Below are positions 18,264 to 27,061 of a stretch of 64,000 nt of DNA, piece by piece. How positions within the stretch are numbered: the stretch's first letter is position 1; each line of letters starts with the position of its first letter. The DNA is from an uncultured Chthonomonadaceae bacterium. GTDB taxonomy: Bacteria; Armatimonadota; Chthonomonadetes; Chthonomonadales; Chthonomonadaceae. The notes beneath the pieces were generated by a model. The model saw nothing but the letters and a program-made list of their open reading frames with translations. It was not told the origin of the DNA and ran no database searches. Made by a program: the position numbers and the translations under genes. The stretch is taken from NCBI GenBank assembly GCA_963817895.1, contig CAWFQB010000001.1:1120001-1184000 (forward strand). The letters are read 5' to 3'.

Positions 18264-19382
18264 TCACCAACCACCAACCACCTCCCCATACGCTTGATCC
18301 TGTCTTGCCGCCATTGCCTGCGCGGTGTAGCGGGTTTCAAAACATTGTTGGGCGGCGCAGCCCCAACGGTTTCCGATTTCGGGGGTGAACGCTTGGGCCA
18401 ACCCTTCGGCAAACGCTTCCGGGTCGGCAATGGGAGCCAGCCAGCCGTTCTCGCCATGCGTCAATACATCCCGAACACCAGGCGCGTCGCAGCCCACAAT
18501 CGGCAGTCCACATGACATGGCTTCCAGCGCGGCGAGGGGCATTCCCTCGAAACGCGACGGCATTGCCAGCGCGTCGGCGGCGGCGAACAGGGGCGCAACA
18601 TCGGCGCAATTGCCTAAAAATCGTATCTGTTCACTGACACCCACGCGCCGCGCCTCGTGTTCCGTGGCATGGCGGGCATCGCCGTCGCCCGCGAATATTG
18701 CCATCACGCGCAGGCCGCGCGCGTTCAGCAGGGCCAGCGCGTGAAGCAGCACATAGGGGTCTTTCTGCTCCACGAGCCGCCCCAGAAACAGCGCGACGCG
18801 CGCATCCGGGGGCAAGTTCAACTGCTTTCGGGCCTGAACGCGCGACACGCGCAAATCTATCGCTTCCACGCCGTTTTCTATCGTAAACGCCCGTTCCGGC
18901 GCGATCAGGTCACACTCTATCAGAGATTGCCGGACGCTTTCCGATACGGCGAACAAACGATCCAGCAGGCCGTTCACGCGCCGCCGCCGCTCCAGTTCGT
19001 GCGCCAGTTTCAAAACGCAGGGAATATGATCGGTCGCCACCACATGCGGCACATGGGCGCACCGGGCGGCAATCGTTCCCCAATCCCCTTCCCACGTCGC
19101 GCCAATGTGGTTGTGGAAAATATCTATACGCCACGCCTGCAATTGCGTTACCAGTTCGGGCAATCGCGCCACGTCCGTATCCCACCGCAGCATGAATCGC
19201 GCCACGCCGGATAGATACGGCGTCAGGCGCGAAACCAGTTCATCCGCGCCTGGATGGTCGGCGCAGATCAGAAACGTTTCGTAACGCTCGGACGGCAGAT
19301 GCTTTGCCAGCATTTCCATTACGCGGCCCACGCCGCTCGGATGCAGACTGTCGGTATAAAGGGCAAGACGGTGTTTGGGCAT
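18264..19382 (-). CDS. Glycosyltransferase family 4
   Basis: 'FLGRLVEQKD', 'PSRFEGMPLAALEAMSCG'. Confidence 0.9.
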   Translation of the reverse strand: MPKHRLALYTDSLHPSGVGRVMEMLAKHLPSERYETFLICADHPGADELVSRLTPYLSGVARFMLRWDTDVARLPELVTQLQAWRIDIFHNHIGATWEGDWGTIAARCAHVPHVVATDHIPCVLKLAHELERRRRVNGLLDRLFAVSESVRQSLIECDLIAPERAFTIENGVEAIDLRVSRVQARKQLNLPPDARVALFLGRLVEQKDPYVLLHALALLNARGLRVMAIFAGDGDARHATEHEARRVGVSEQIRFLGNCADVAPLFAAADALAMPSRFEGMPLAALEAMSCGLPIVGCDAPGVRDVLTHGENGWLAPIADPEAFAEGLAQAFTPEIGNRWGCAAQQCFETRYTAQAMAARQDQAYGEVVGGW

Positions 19383-19455
19383 AGGTGTCCGGCAGTAGGG
19401 AGTGGGGAGTAGGGAGTAGAAGGAGGCTTGCTCAACGAGAGCATTGCCCTGTTCC

Positions 19456-20571
19456 CTACTCCCTACCACCTACTCCCTTAAACAGCGCTTCCCACTGCGG
19501 CGTGACGGCTTTGGCGCTGTAGGAGGCAACGACATGGGCGTACAAAGATTGTCCCAATCGGGCGCGTTCGTCGGGATTGTCAATGAGAGTGATTATGGCC
19601 TGCGCGACGGCAGGCGGGTTTTCATGGGACACAAATACGCCTGATACGCCCTCTTCAATCTGCTGCGGCGTGCCGCCGTCGCGGGTGGCGATTACGGGCA
19701 AACCTGCCGCGCCCGCTTCGGCAATAACATGCGGCATCCCCTCGCCCTGCGACAGCCACGCGAAAATGTTCAGCCCGGACAGCAGGCGCGGCACGTCGGG
19801 ACGGTCGCCCGTGAAAATCATACGTTCGGCCAATCCCTGTTCCCGCGCCTGTTGCTTCACGCTGTCGGCATACTCCGGGTGAAAGGCATCCGGCCCGCCG
19901 ATAACCACGAAACGCGCTTTGGGACGCTGCTGCGCGACGAGGGCGCAGGCTTCGACAAAATCCTGTACCCGCTTTTTAGGGTCGAGCCGCCCCACCCATC
20001 CAATTACAACCGCATCCGGCGCGATTTGCCATTCCGCCCTGACTTCGGCGCGGTTTTCCGGGTTGAACTCCGACATATCCACCATGCTCGGAATTTCCAG
20101 CGCCCATTCGGGGTCGGGCATGACGGTTGCCGCCGCGTCCCGAATGGTTTTGCACACGCCCACATACGCGCTCGTGTGGTGCTTGGGGTTATGGAACGCT
20201 TCGGATACCAGCCCGCCATGCTCGATCAGGGGCGGAACAAAACCGCCGTCCGCTTTCAGCAAATCATACGCCACATACACAGGCCGAACGCCCTGACACG
20301 CAACCACCACATCAAAATGGTCGTCGCGTATCCGCCGCGCGATATGCGGCCCGTGTTCTTCCGGGCCGGTTCCGTAACAGTAGGTATCTACGGCGACGCC
20401 CAACTCCCGCAACTGAATATGCGTCTGGTCGGGCATGTTGGGACGGCGGTAGGTAGATAAGGCTTCCAGATGGTAACGGCTGCGGTCCAGACACCGCGCC
20501 AGCAGCCGCAGTTCCGTCTCTTCCCCGCCCACCACCAGCCACGCGAACACAAACAGAATTTTCACTTTCAA
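19456..20571 (-). CDS. Glycosyltransferase family 4
   Basis: 'VGGEE', 'VGRLDPKK', 'EGMPHVIAEAGAAGLPVI'. Confidence 0.9.
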   Translation of the reverse strand: MKVKILFVFAWLVVGGEETELRLLARCLDRSRYHLEALSTYRRPNMPDQTHIQLRELGVAVDTYCYGTGPEEHGPHIARRIRDDHFDVVVACQGVRPVYVAYDLLKADGGFVPPLIEHGGLVSEAFHNPKHHTSAYVGVCKTIRDAAATVMPDPEWALEIPSMVDMSEFNPENRAEVRAEWQIAPDAVVIGWVGRLDPKKRVQDFVEACALVAQQRPKARFVVIGGPDAFHPEYADSVKQQAREQGLAERMIFTGDRPDVPRLLSGLNIFAWLSQGEGMPHVIAEAGAAGLPVIATRDGGTPQQIEEGVSGVFVSHENPPAVAQAIITLIDNPDERARLGQSLYAHVVASYSAKAVTPQWEALFKGVGGRE

Positions 20572-20679
20572 TGTCTCTCGTTTTGTACAAAATAGTTGTG
20601 CAAAGCATCCGCGCGTTAATCTGCGCGATTCCCCCTTCTCCCAGGCATTTTTGGGAGAAGGGGGCCAGGGGGTTGAGGG

Positions 20680-21816
20680 CTAACATTCCAACACGACTTG
20701 CAGCACCTGCCCTCCGTCATGCGCCAGCAGTTCAAACGCTTTTTGCGCTTCCGAGAACGGTAGGACATGGGTAATCAGGTGTTCGCGGGCATCATTGCCC
20801 CGTTCCTGCAAAAACGCCAGCGTTGTCAGCGCCAACTTCCGGTGGTTCCACGTTGCCGACAGTTTGCGCGGGACGCGGTAGATTTGGGCGCAGATGTGTT
20901 TCAGGCCGTTGTGGTGGAACTCGCGCCCGAGTTGCAGATGGTTCGCGCCGCCCTGATAAAAGCCAAGATCAATCACGGGGCATTGCGGCTGCAATCCGCG
21001 CAGGCATAAATGCAGCAATTCGTCCGAACCGGAACACTGGAACGCGATGTCCGCGCCCCGGTTGCCCAATCCGTCATGCCAGTGTGTTTTGGCCCACCAG
21101 CCGACATCTATTTCCTGTGTGTTCAGGGCTGTCATGCCGAGCCGGGCAGCGCGTTCCAGTTTCCACGGATTGCGGCCTATGATTGCAACTTCAGCCGCGC
21201 CCGCCCATTGGCACAACATGCCCGTGAACAGGCCGATAACGCCCGTGCCGCCGATTAAGACGCGCTTGCCGCGAACCCCGCACCCGAACGTTTGCGCGTT
21301 TGCGCCAAATTCTTCCTCGTCGGCGTGAAGCAGGCCATTGGCGCAAATCGGCCCCATTTGCGCCACATAGATACCGAGCATCGGATCAAAATCAGCGGGA
21401 AGGGGATAATACAATTCGCTGCGGGCCATGACCGTATGCCCGGTCTTGTGTCCATACGTGACGCTGACCGTCTGCCCCGCTTCCACGCCCCATGCACGCG
21501 ACGCGGCCACCTGCCCGACCTGCATGTATCCGGTAAACGGCAGGGGGTATTGCGTTGTGTCGCCCCAATCGAAGAACACTTTGAGGTCATCGTCCCAACG
21601 CGCGTGAAGGTAGGGGTTAGTTCCGAAGAAGTGGGTCAGTTCGGTTCCCGTAGAAAGTCCGCAGTAGAGGGTGCGTATGCGGAAGGCGTCGGGCGGAAGT
21701 TCGCCCTCGTCGTAGTGAAAAATCGCCGCCTGTTCGGGCGCTTCAAACCCGATATGATCTATGCCGAACGGCCCGTGATAAGCCCGTTCGGAAGCATTGT
21801 CCTGTTCGCGGTTCAT
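20680..21816 (-). CDS. Zinc-binding/MDR-family dehydrogenase-like oxidoreductase
   Basis: 'GLSTGTE', 'YPLPFTGY', Rossmann motif GTGVIG, 'LITHVLPFSEA'. Confidence 0.8.
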   Translation of the reverse strand: MNREQDNASERAYHGPFGIDHIGFEAPEQAAIFHYDEGELPPDAFRIRTLYCGLSTGTELTHFFGTNPYLHARWDDDLKVFFDWGDTTQYPLPFTGYMQVGQVAASRAWGVEAGQTVSVTYGHKTGHTVMARSELYYPLPADFDPMLGIYVAQMGPICANGLLHADEEEFGANAQTFGCGVRGKRVLIGGTGVIGLFTGMLCQWAGAAEVAIIGRNPWKLERAARLGMTALNTQEIDVGWWAKTHWHDGLGNRGADIAFQCSGSDELLHLCLRGLQPQCPVIDLGFYQGGANHLQLGREFHHNGLKHICAQIYRVPRKLSATWNHRKLALTTLAFLQERGNDAREHLITHVLPFSEAQKAFELLAHDGGQVLQVVLEC

Positions 21817-21892
21817 GTGCCTGTCCTATTTCTGTCAACCGCGTCCTCAATACTTCCGGCGGGTTCAAATATTACATTGGTTTTCCGTTGAC

Positions 21893-21919
21893 GGGGCAAA
21901 CACGGGGGGTTGCCCCTAC
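21893..21919 (-). repeat. GTAG-type REP hairpin
   Basis: The minus strand reads GTAGGGGCAACCCCCCGTGTTTGCCCC. Confidence 0.55.
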
Positions 21920-22021
21920 GCTGAATCGGAGACTTATCCTGTTACGCGCCCCAGCATACTAATTTCTACGTCTAACTTACTACATTGTTCCCATTGTAAA
22001 GTGATAATCGCCCGTCATGCC

Positions 22022-23176
22022 TTAAAATTTTGTTTGCTCGTCCGGCAGAAGCAGGCGCAGTTCGATCTTGTTCGCGCCAAGATAGTTTTGTGTTTTGCGC
22101 GTTCCGGCGGCAGGCTGAATTATCATGGCCTGCCGGGTATGCGTTTGCAACTTGCGCTGATGAATTGTAACCCAGCCGCCCTCATCCACGCCAAGCCCTT
22201 TGTAACCCGGTTGATCCAGGGTTGCCGTCAGCAGGCGCTGCATCCGGTTACGCGCGAAAAAATGCTGATCCACAATGGTTTTTGGCAGCAGGTTCAGTCC
22301 CCGGACGAGCGGACAGCCACCCGCCTGCAAGCCCCGCGTTTCCACGGTCGCGCCCGTCGGCATCTGTTCGCCCATCAGGGACGCGCCCGCGCTGGTTCCG
22401 CCCACAATGCCGCCGCGCCCGAACACCTGCCGTATCGCTTCGGGGACGCCGGATGTTTCCGGGTACGTGGCGATAAAGCGGTTCTGGTCGCCCCCCGGTA
22501 TCCACACGCCCCGCGCTTCCCGCAAGCGTCGGCACAGTTCTCCGGGAGTTAATCCGGTCGGGGCGTCCACCTGCCGCGCGCCGTTGGCCCGAAACAGGGC
22601 AACGGATTCCGGCCCGCCGGTTTGGGGGTCGGCTTCCGTTTGCGGCAGGATCAGGATGGGCGCGTCGGCTCCGCCCGCCGCTTCCACAAAGGCTTTCACC
22701 AGTTCCGGCGCGGTTGTCCCGCCGCCCGCTACCAGAATGGTTCCCGCGCCCGCCTGCAAATGCCCCAATGCGGCGTCACCAGGCAGCGTTGTTTTCTCAT
22801 TGGCGTTTCCTGTTGTGGTTGGAGTTGCCGCCGTTTCCTGCCAGCGCGCCGCAATCAGGGTCGCGCCCGCAGGACGTTGCGCGGCAGAATGGAGGGAGGG
22901 GGTTCGGGTTGCCTGCGCAGGGGGATGGATGAACAGCGCCCGGAATTGCCACGCGCAAATAACCGCCCAGAACAGCGTGACCCAGGGCGGTTTGGCCCAA
23001 CACCGCCACGTTTTTACGCCCTTCAACGCCGCCAGAATGTAAAATACGGTCGCCAACCCCGACAGCGCAAACAGCGCGTACTTCTGGAAGATCAGGACGA
23101 GAAACGCCGCCTTGCAAAACGTAAAGGCGTAGCCCTCGTATTTGCGTCCCTGCTGCTGTGTGTCCCATTCGCTCAT
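22022..23176 (-). CDS. Cyanophycinase-like serine peptidase (S51) with an N-terminal membrane segment
   Basis: 'VAGGG', 'IPGGDQNR', nucleophile motif GTSAGA, 'VDQHFFARNRMQRL', 'GLGVDE'. Confidence 0.85.
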   Translation of the reverse strand: MSEWDTQQQGRKYEGYAFTFCKAAFLVLIFQKYALFALSGLATVFYILAALKGVKTWRCWAKPPWVTLFWAVICAWQFRALFIHPPAQATRTPSLHSAAQRPAGATLIAARWQETAATPTTTGNANEKTTLPGDAALGHLQAGAGTILVAGGGTTAPELVKAFVEAAGGADAPILILPQTEADPQTGGPESVALFRANGARQVDAPTGLTPGELCRRLREARGVWIPGGDQNRFIATYPETSGVPEAIRQVFGRGGIVGGTSAGASLMGEQMPTGATVETRGLQAGGCPLVRGLNLLPKTIVDQHFFARNRMQRLLTATLDQPGYKGLGVDEGGWVTIHQRKLQTHTRQAMIIQPAAGTRKTQNYLGANKIELRLLLPDEQTKF

Positions 23177-23227
23177 AGTTGTTGCTTTCCACCTGTGTTC
23201 AACCGGCATATACCATCTAAATTCTTT

Positions 23228-23293
23228 GCCGGTTGGAGAGGCCTGCGGCCAACCGTCCTGCGGACGGAGGATTGTCTCATGTTTAAGTGGTTT
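23228..23293. repeat. 66-bp dispersed repeat, copy 2
   Basis: Near-identical to 8515-8580. Confidence 0.8.
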
Positions 23294-23342
23294 CTCTATC
23301 CGTTACGGGTACAAAATATTCCTCGAATACCTGCATTATTCC

Positions 23343-23834
23343 CTATTCCAGCCCTCCTGCCGGACGCACCAACTGTTCCAGGGGTGTTTCATGTCCCTGT
23401 GCGGCGGCTCGCAGCAACACCGCCTGCTGTGCTTGCGGTGGCTCGAAGGAAGCGCGTGCCAGCGTGTTGAAAGCGGGGAGATCGGCTGTATTGGCACGGG
23501 TAAGGGGTTGCATAGTATGTACAGCCTTCCAACGATTGCGGCTTCCTCGCCATGACGCATATGCTATAGGAAGCAAAGGAAAGGTGCAGGACAGGTAGAT
23601 AAATGCTCCCGCCACCTCCCATCCAGAATCATCCATTTGTACCATGCTACATCTTCGCGAATGGCATAGCACCTGCGCCTGCGCGTCTTTGTAGTATATA
23701 AAAGCGAAGTTTAGCAGAAGAACCGCCGGGAAGAGAATACACAGCACTGAACTACCACTTAAACCCAACGCGAGTATTTTCATGGCAGCATACTCGCCCT
23801 TACTCACAATCTGCTTGCCCGTTTTCGGCTCCAT
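23343..23834 (-). CDS. Hypothetical membrane protein
   Basis: Two hydrophobic segments, a C-terminal 'TLARASFEP..QQAVLLRAA' tail and a GAGAGG RBS. Confidence 0.65.
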   Translation of the reverse strand: MEPKTGKQIVSKGEYAAMKILALGLSGSSVLCILFPAVLLLNFAFIYYKDAQAQVLCHSRRCSMVQMDDSGWEVAGAFIYLSCTFPLLPIAYASWRGSRNRWKAVHTMQPLTRANTADLPAFNTLARASFEPPQAQQAVLLRAAAQGHETPLEQLVRPAGGLE

Positions 23835-24015
23835 CCCTGCACCTCTCTCCTGCTAAACAGAACAATGCCCGTTACACATACCCAAGGCTTTTACGTTGGT
23901 GAAATTCTCAGTTATGGGTACAAAACTTTTCTCAAATGTCTGCATTATTCCCTTTTCTGCCCAAGAGAGGCGCGTATTAGCAGATGCGGTTCTTTACAGC
24001 CACAGTAGGTCACAA

Positions 24016-24729
24016 TCAAGGAGAGCAGGGAGGAATATGGTAACTCTTTTGCGGAGCAGAATCACATTTGTCATCAAGTGCTGAATCAGTTTTAATAATT
24101 GCAGACTTCAACAGTAACATGACCTCTGTAAGACTATCGTCTTCTGCGAACGTAAAGGCGCTACTTCCGTCCTCATTGACCCAATGTACGTCTGCATTTC
24201 TACTGAGGAGTAATTCAATCACAGCATAGTGATTTGTAATTTTGCCGGTACGCTTGGAGATGCTGCCCGATTCCTTATATTGGTAGATCGCCCACATCAA
24301 TGCCGTCCATCCGCCACCACACACCGAATTGATTTCTGCTCCGGCATCCAGAAGCAGTTCGGATACTTCGACGGAACCGACGACAGCAGCGTTGTGTAAG
24401 GCAGTCATACCTCCTTTCCCCTCGGTACTCGGAGACGAACTGAAATGAGGAGATGCGCCGTAGGCAAGCAACAAACGGACACAATCCACATTTGAATAGA
24501 GTGCCGCTATCATAAGGGGGTTACTTCCCCCACCCTCCGACGCAATATTTACGTTTGCACCCGCTTCCAGAAGCAGGCGAACGACCTCAGTCCGACCAAA
24601 TGAGGCAGCCCATTCCAGAGCCGTTTGGCCAGTCTCATATATATCGTCAATATCCTTCTCTAGGGCAAGAAGGGCTTTTACGGTTGCCAAGTCCCCTTGT
24701 CCTGCTGCACGCACCAGAGCCTTACTCAT
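24016..24729 (-). CDS. Ankyrin-repeat protein
   Basis: GQTALEWAASFG, NPLMIAA, GMTALHNAA, GWTALMWA; AT-richer than its neighbours. Confidence 0.88.
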   Translation of the reverse strand: MSKALVRAAGQGDLATVKALLALEKDIDDIYETGQTALEWAASFGRTEVVRLLLEAGANVNIASEGGGSNPLMIAALYSNVDCVRLLLAYGASPHFSSSPSTEGKGGMTALHNAAVVGSVEVSELLLDAGAEINSVCGGGWTALMWAIYQYKESGSISKRTGKITNHYAVIELLLSRNADVHWVNEDGSSAFTFAEDDSLTEVMLLLKSAIIKTDSALDDKCDSAPQKSYHIPPCSP

Positions 24730-24996
24730 TTTTTGACCTCATCCTGCCCCTCCAAAAGCCACTAACAGCGGGGAAGCAAAAACGAACATATTCATCGTCA
24801 AGGTACAGCGTTTCGTACTCCCACTTTGTCATCTGCCGCGCAATTCCTACAAGCATTTCAAAACACTCCATATTGAATACATCTGTGATATTTCCCTCGG
24901 CGCAATCGTGCTGACATGCCCTTCGATCTGTTTTTTAGCTTGTCGCCCTCACTTCTTCTGTGTGGCGCTTCCGTCAGTAGAAGCGGGATTGAGTTT

Positions 24997-26013
24997 CTAT
25001 CGTTGAATGGGTGGGGCGGACAGGAGCGCAGGTTGTGGCCCTTCCTCTTGCGGGAGAAGGCCGCGCTTCAGCAGTTCGTCTGCGATCAGGTTCACATTAC
25101 TCGCCATATCGGCAATCTTCTCTTCGTGTCCTCGCCCGCTCCCTTTGATGGCGGCCAGCAGGCTGACGAACACGCGCGCGTCCACCCCGCGCTGTTGGAG
25201 TCCGGGGACGAGGACGCTTTCGACCCAACCGCTCACCGCCTTATTGGACGCTTTTGTCGTGGCGAAGTACCAGCCGACAACCGCCAGCACACAGAAGAGC
25301 GGCCCCCACAGCCACGATTGCAGAAACGGCAGCGCGGCAAAGCCAACAATGACGCCCACTATCGTGGTGAGGCAGCCCGTAACGCCGATCCAACCGGGCG
25401 TGGGGGTGGGCAGCGTTTTCATGAAATGGAGCGCGGCATTGACGTTGCGGTCTTTCGTGACGAAGGCGTCTATCTCGTGCAGCAGCACCTCACATTCCGA
25501 GGCGGTGAGATAGTCCCATTTTTGCAGTCTGTCCAGTAACTGGCTGACGTCCTTGTTGCGGGCATCCAGAGTTCCCAGAGTTTGCAGCGCGTTCAACATG
25601 CGCGGGTCCGCCTGACGCATGAGGGGAGCCGAATATGGCGCTCCTGCGGCGGGGAGGGCCGACTGCGCCATGCGTTGCGCGACCTGGTATTCCAGCGCGC
25701 GCTGCCTCTGAACCTGCGCCGATAGCGCAGGATTGGTCGCCGCCAGAATCTGCTCGATCCCCTGCCCGTACGCTTCCTGATGCGATAAGGCGCGCGTGTA
25801 GGCTGTCATTGTACAGGATACCGTTGTTCCGCATTGGGTACATTGCCGGTTGGTTCCCACGTATTTCCCTTTGCCCAGCGGAATGTAGTAAACGTGATCT
25901 ACTTTAAAAAAGTGGGTCAGTTTGTGGTAATTGGGACCACGACAGACTTCGCACCAGTCCCCTACAACACCGCCATCCTCCTGACGCGACTTTGTTCCCC
26001 AAACAATAAACAT
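24997..26013 (-). CDS. Zinc-ribbon-containing membrane protein
   Basis: MFIVWG start, CxxC...CxxC (CEVC, CTQC) and two transmembrane helices. Confidence 0.7.
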   Translation of the reverse strand: MFIVWGTKSRQEDGGVVGDWCEVCRGPNYHKLTHFFKVDHVYYIPLGKGKYVGTNRQCTQCGTTVSCTMTAYTRALSHQEAYGQGIEQILAATNPALSAQVQRQRALEYQVAQRMAQSALPAAGAPYSAPLMRQADPRMLNALQTLGTLDARNKDVSQLLDRLQKWDYLTASECEVLLHEIDAFVTKDRNVNAALHFMKTLPTPTPGWIGVTGCLTTIVGVIVGFAALPFLQSWLWGPLFCVLAVVGWYFATTKASNKAVSGWVESVLVPGLQQRGVDARVFVSLLAAIKGSGRGHEEKIADMASNVNLIADELLKRGLLPQEEGPQPALLSAPPIQR

Positions 26014-26160
26014 GGCTTTTCTCCCGCAACGCGCCCGTTTCCGAAGACAGTGTGACGACATAATCTCAGCAAGACGTTAGCTTTTGAGACATTTGGTTGT
26101 TGTGAAGCGAACCTACCGGGAATTGGTAAGCAGAACCTTGACCATTCGCTGAAATCTCGC

Positions 26161-26610
26161 TCAAGGCTGAAATTGGAAACTTGGTTCGTGGATACTCGCT
26201 GTCAGAGGCTTTCCCTTTGCGTCCGTCATATTCAGGCGAACGGAGATCGGCTGGCCGCTGTCAAGCGCGGGGATCAGCCGCTCACTGTTGATGCAGCGAA
26301 GGTAGAATTTCGCGCGGCGCAGGGTAGTCCAGTTTGCGCCGTCGCGCTGTCCCCATACAAGATAAACGAATCGCTCTCCCGCCTTGCCCTGAACGAAAGG
26401 GCCGCGAAGATCAAACTGCTCCGTTTGCGCGTTAAGAATTACGCGAAGCGGAATCGTGAAGACAACATTCTCGCTATCCGCAGGCACATCCTCAATGACG
26501 TTATTGCCCTGCTGAATACCAAGTCGCGCCTCGGTTTTGCCGTCGAATTCCGTTCCCGGCAGGTTGTAGCAATAAAAAACAAGCGCTAACTGGCTCTCGG
26601 TCTTCTCCAT
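26161..26610 (-). CDS. DUF5990-like hypothetical protein
   Basis: 'GPFVQGKAGERFVYLVWG', 'RRAK', 'MTDAKGKP'. Confidence 0.65.
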   Translation of the reverse strand: MEKTESQLALVFYCYNLPGTEFDGKTEARLGIQQGNNVIEDVPADSENVVFTIPLRVILNAQTEQFDLRGPFVQGKAGERFVYLVWGQRDGANWTTLRRAKFYLRCINSERLIPALDSGQPISVRLNMTDAKGKPLTASIHEPSFQFQP

Positions 26611-26631
26611 GTCTCTTTTCTCCCCACGCCT

Positions 26632-27006
26632 TTAACCATTATTTTGCTTGTTCTGAAAGGTAGATTTACGCCGACACAGTCCTGAAAGACCGGGCAAGCA
26701 AAACGGAAACAAGTAGAGATGCCCCCTTATACTTGTATTCTTCGTTCCTGCCTGGACACAAGCCCAGGCATTGGCGTATACAATGACGCTCCCCGTTCCA
26801 AGAGTGAGGAGTAGTCTCACCAAAACAGGCATTCCCCTCCTATCGGCGATCCAAAAAGGCGCGATCAGACAGAGTAACGCTCCTCCGATTTGCGCGGCTG
26901 CCAGTTTGCTAATCGGATCAGCGCTGTGCAAACCTCCGATGAACATATAGAGGATAAGGGCCAGCAAAACGCTCCGGCTCAAAAAGTTAGACGTTGGCGG
27001 CTTCAT
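26632..27006 (-). CDS. Small hypothetical membrane protein
   Basis: GGAGG RBS before MKPPT; 3-4 hydrophobic segments. Confidence 0.5.
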   Translation of the reverse strand: MKPPTSNFLSRSVLLALILYMFIGGLHSADPISKLAAAQIGGALLCLIAPFWIADRRGMPVLVRLLLTLGTGSVIVYANAWACVQAGTKNTSIRGHLYLFPFCLPGLSGLCRRKSTFQNKQNNG

Positions 27007-27061
27007 TCTTGCGCCTCCTGTCTCTGTTGCTTTCCGGCACACTCTGTGTCCAATATAACTG

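Noticed and set aside
4774..23176. A cyanophycin pathway linking the DUF1854 protein, the ATP-grasp ligases and the cyanophycinase
   Set aside because: The genes are scattered, and the ATP-grasp proteins are short RimK-like enzymes without the Mur-ligase domain of CphA.
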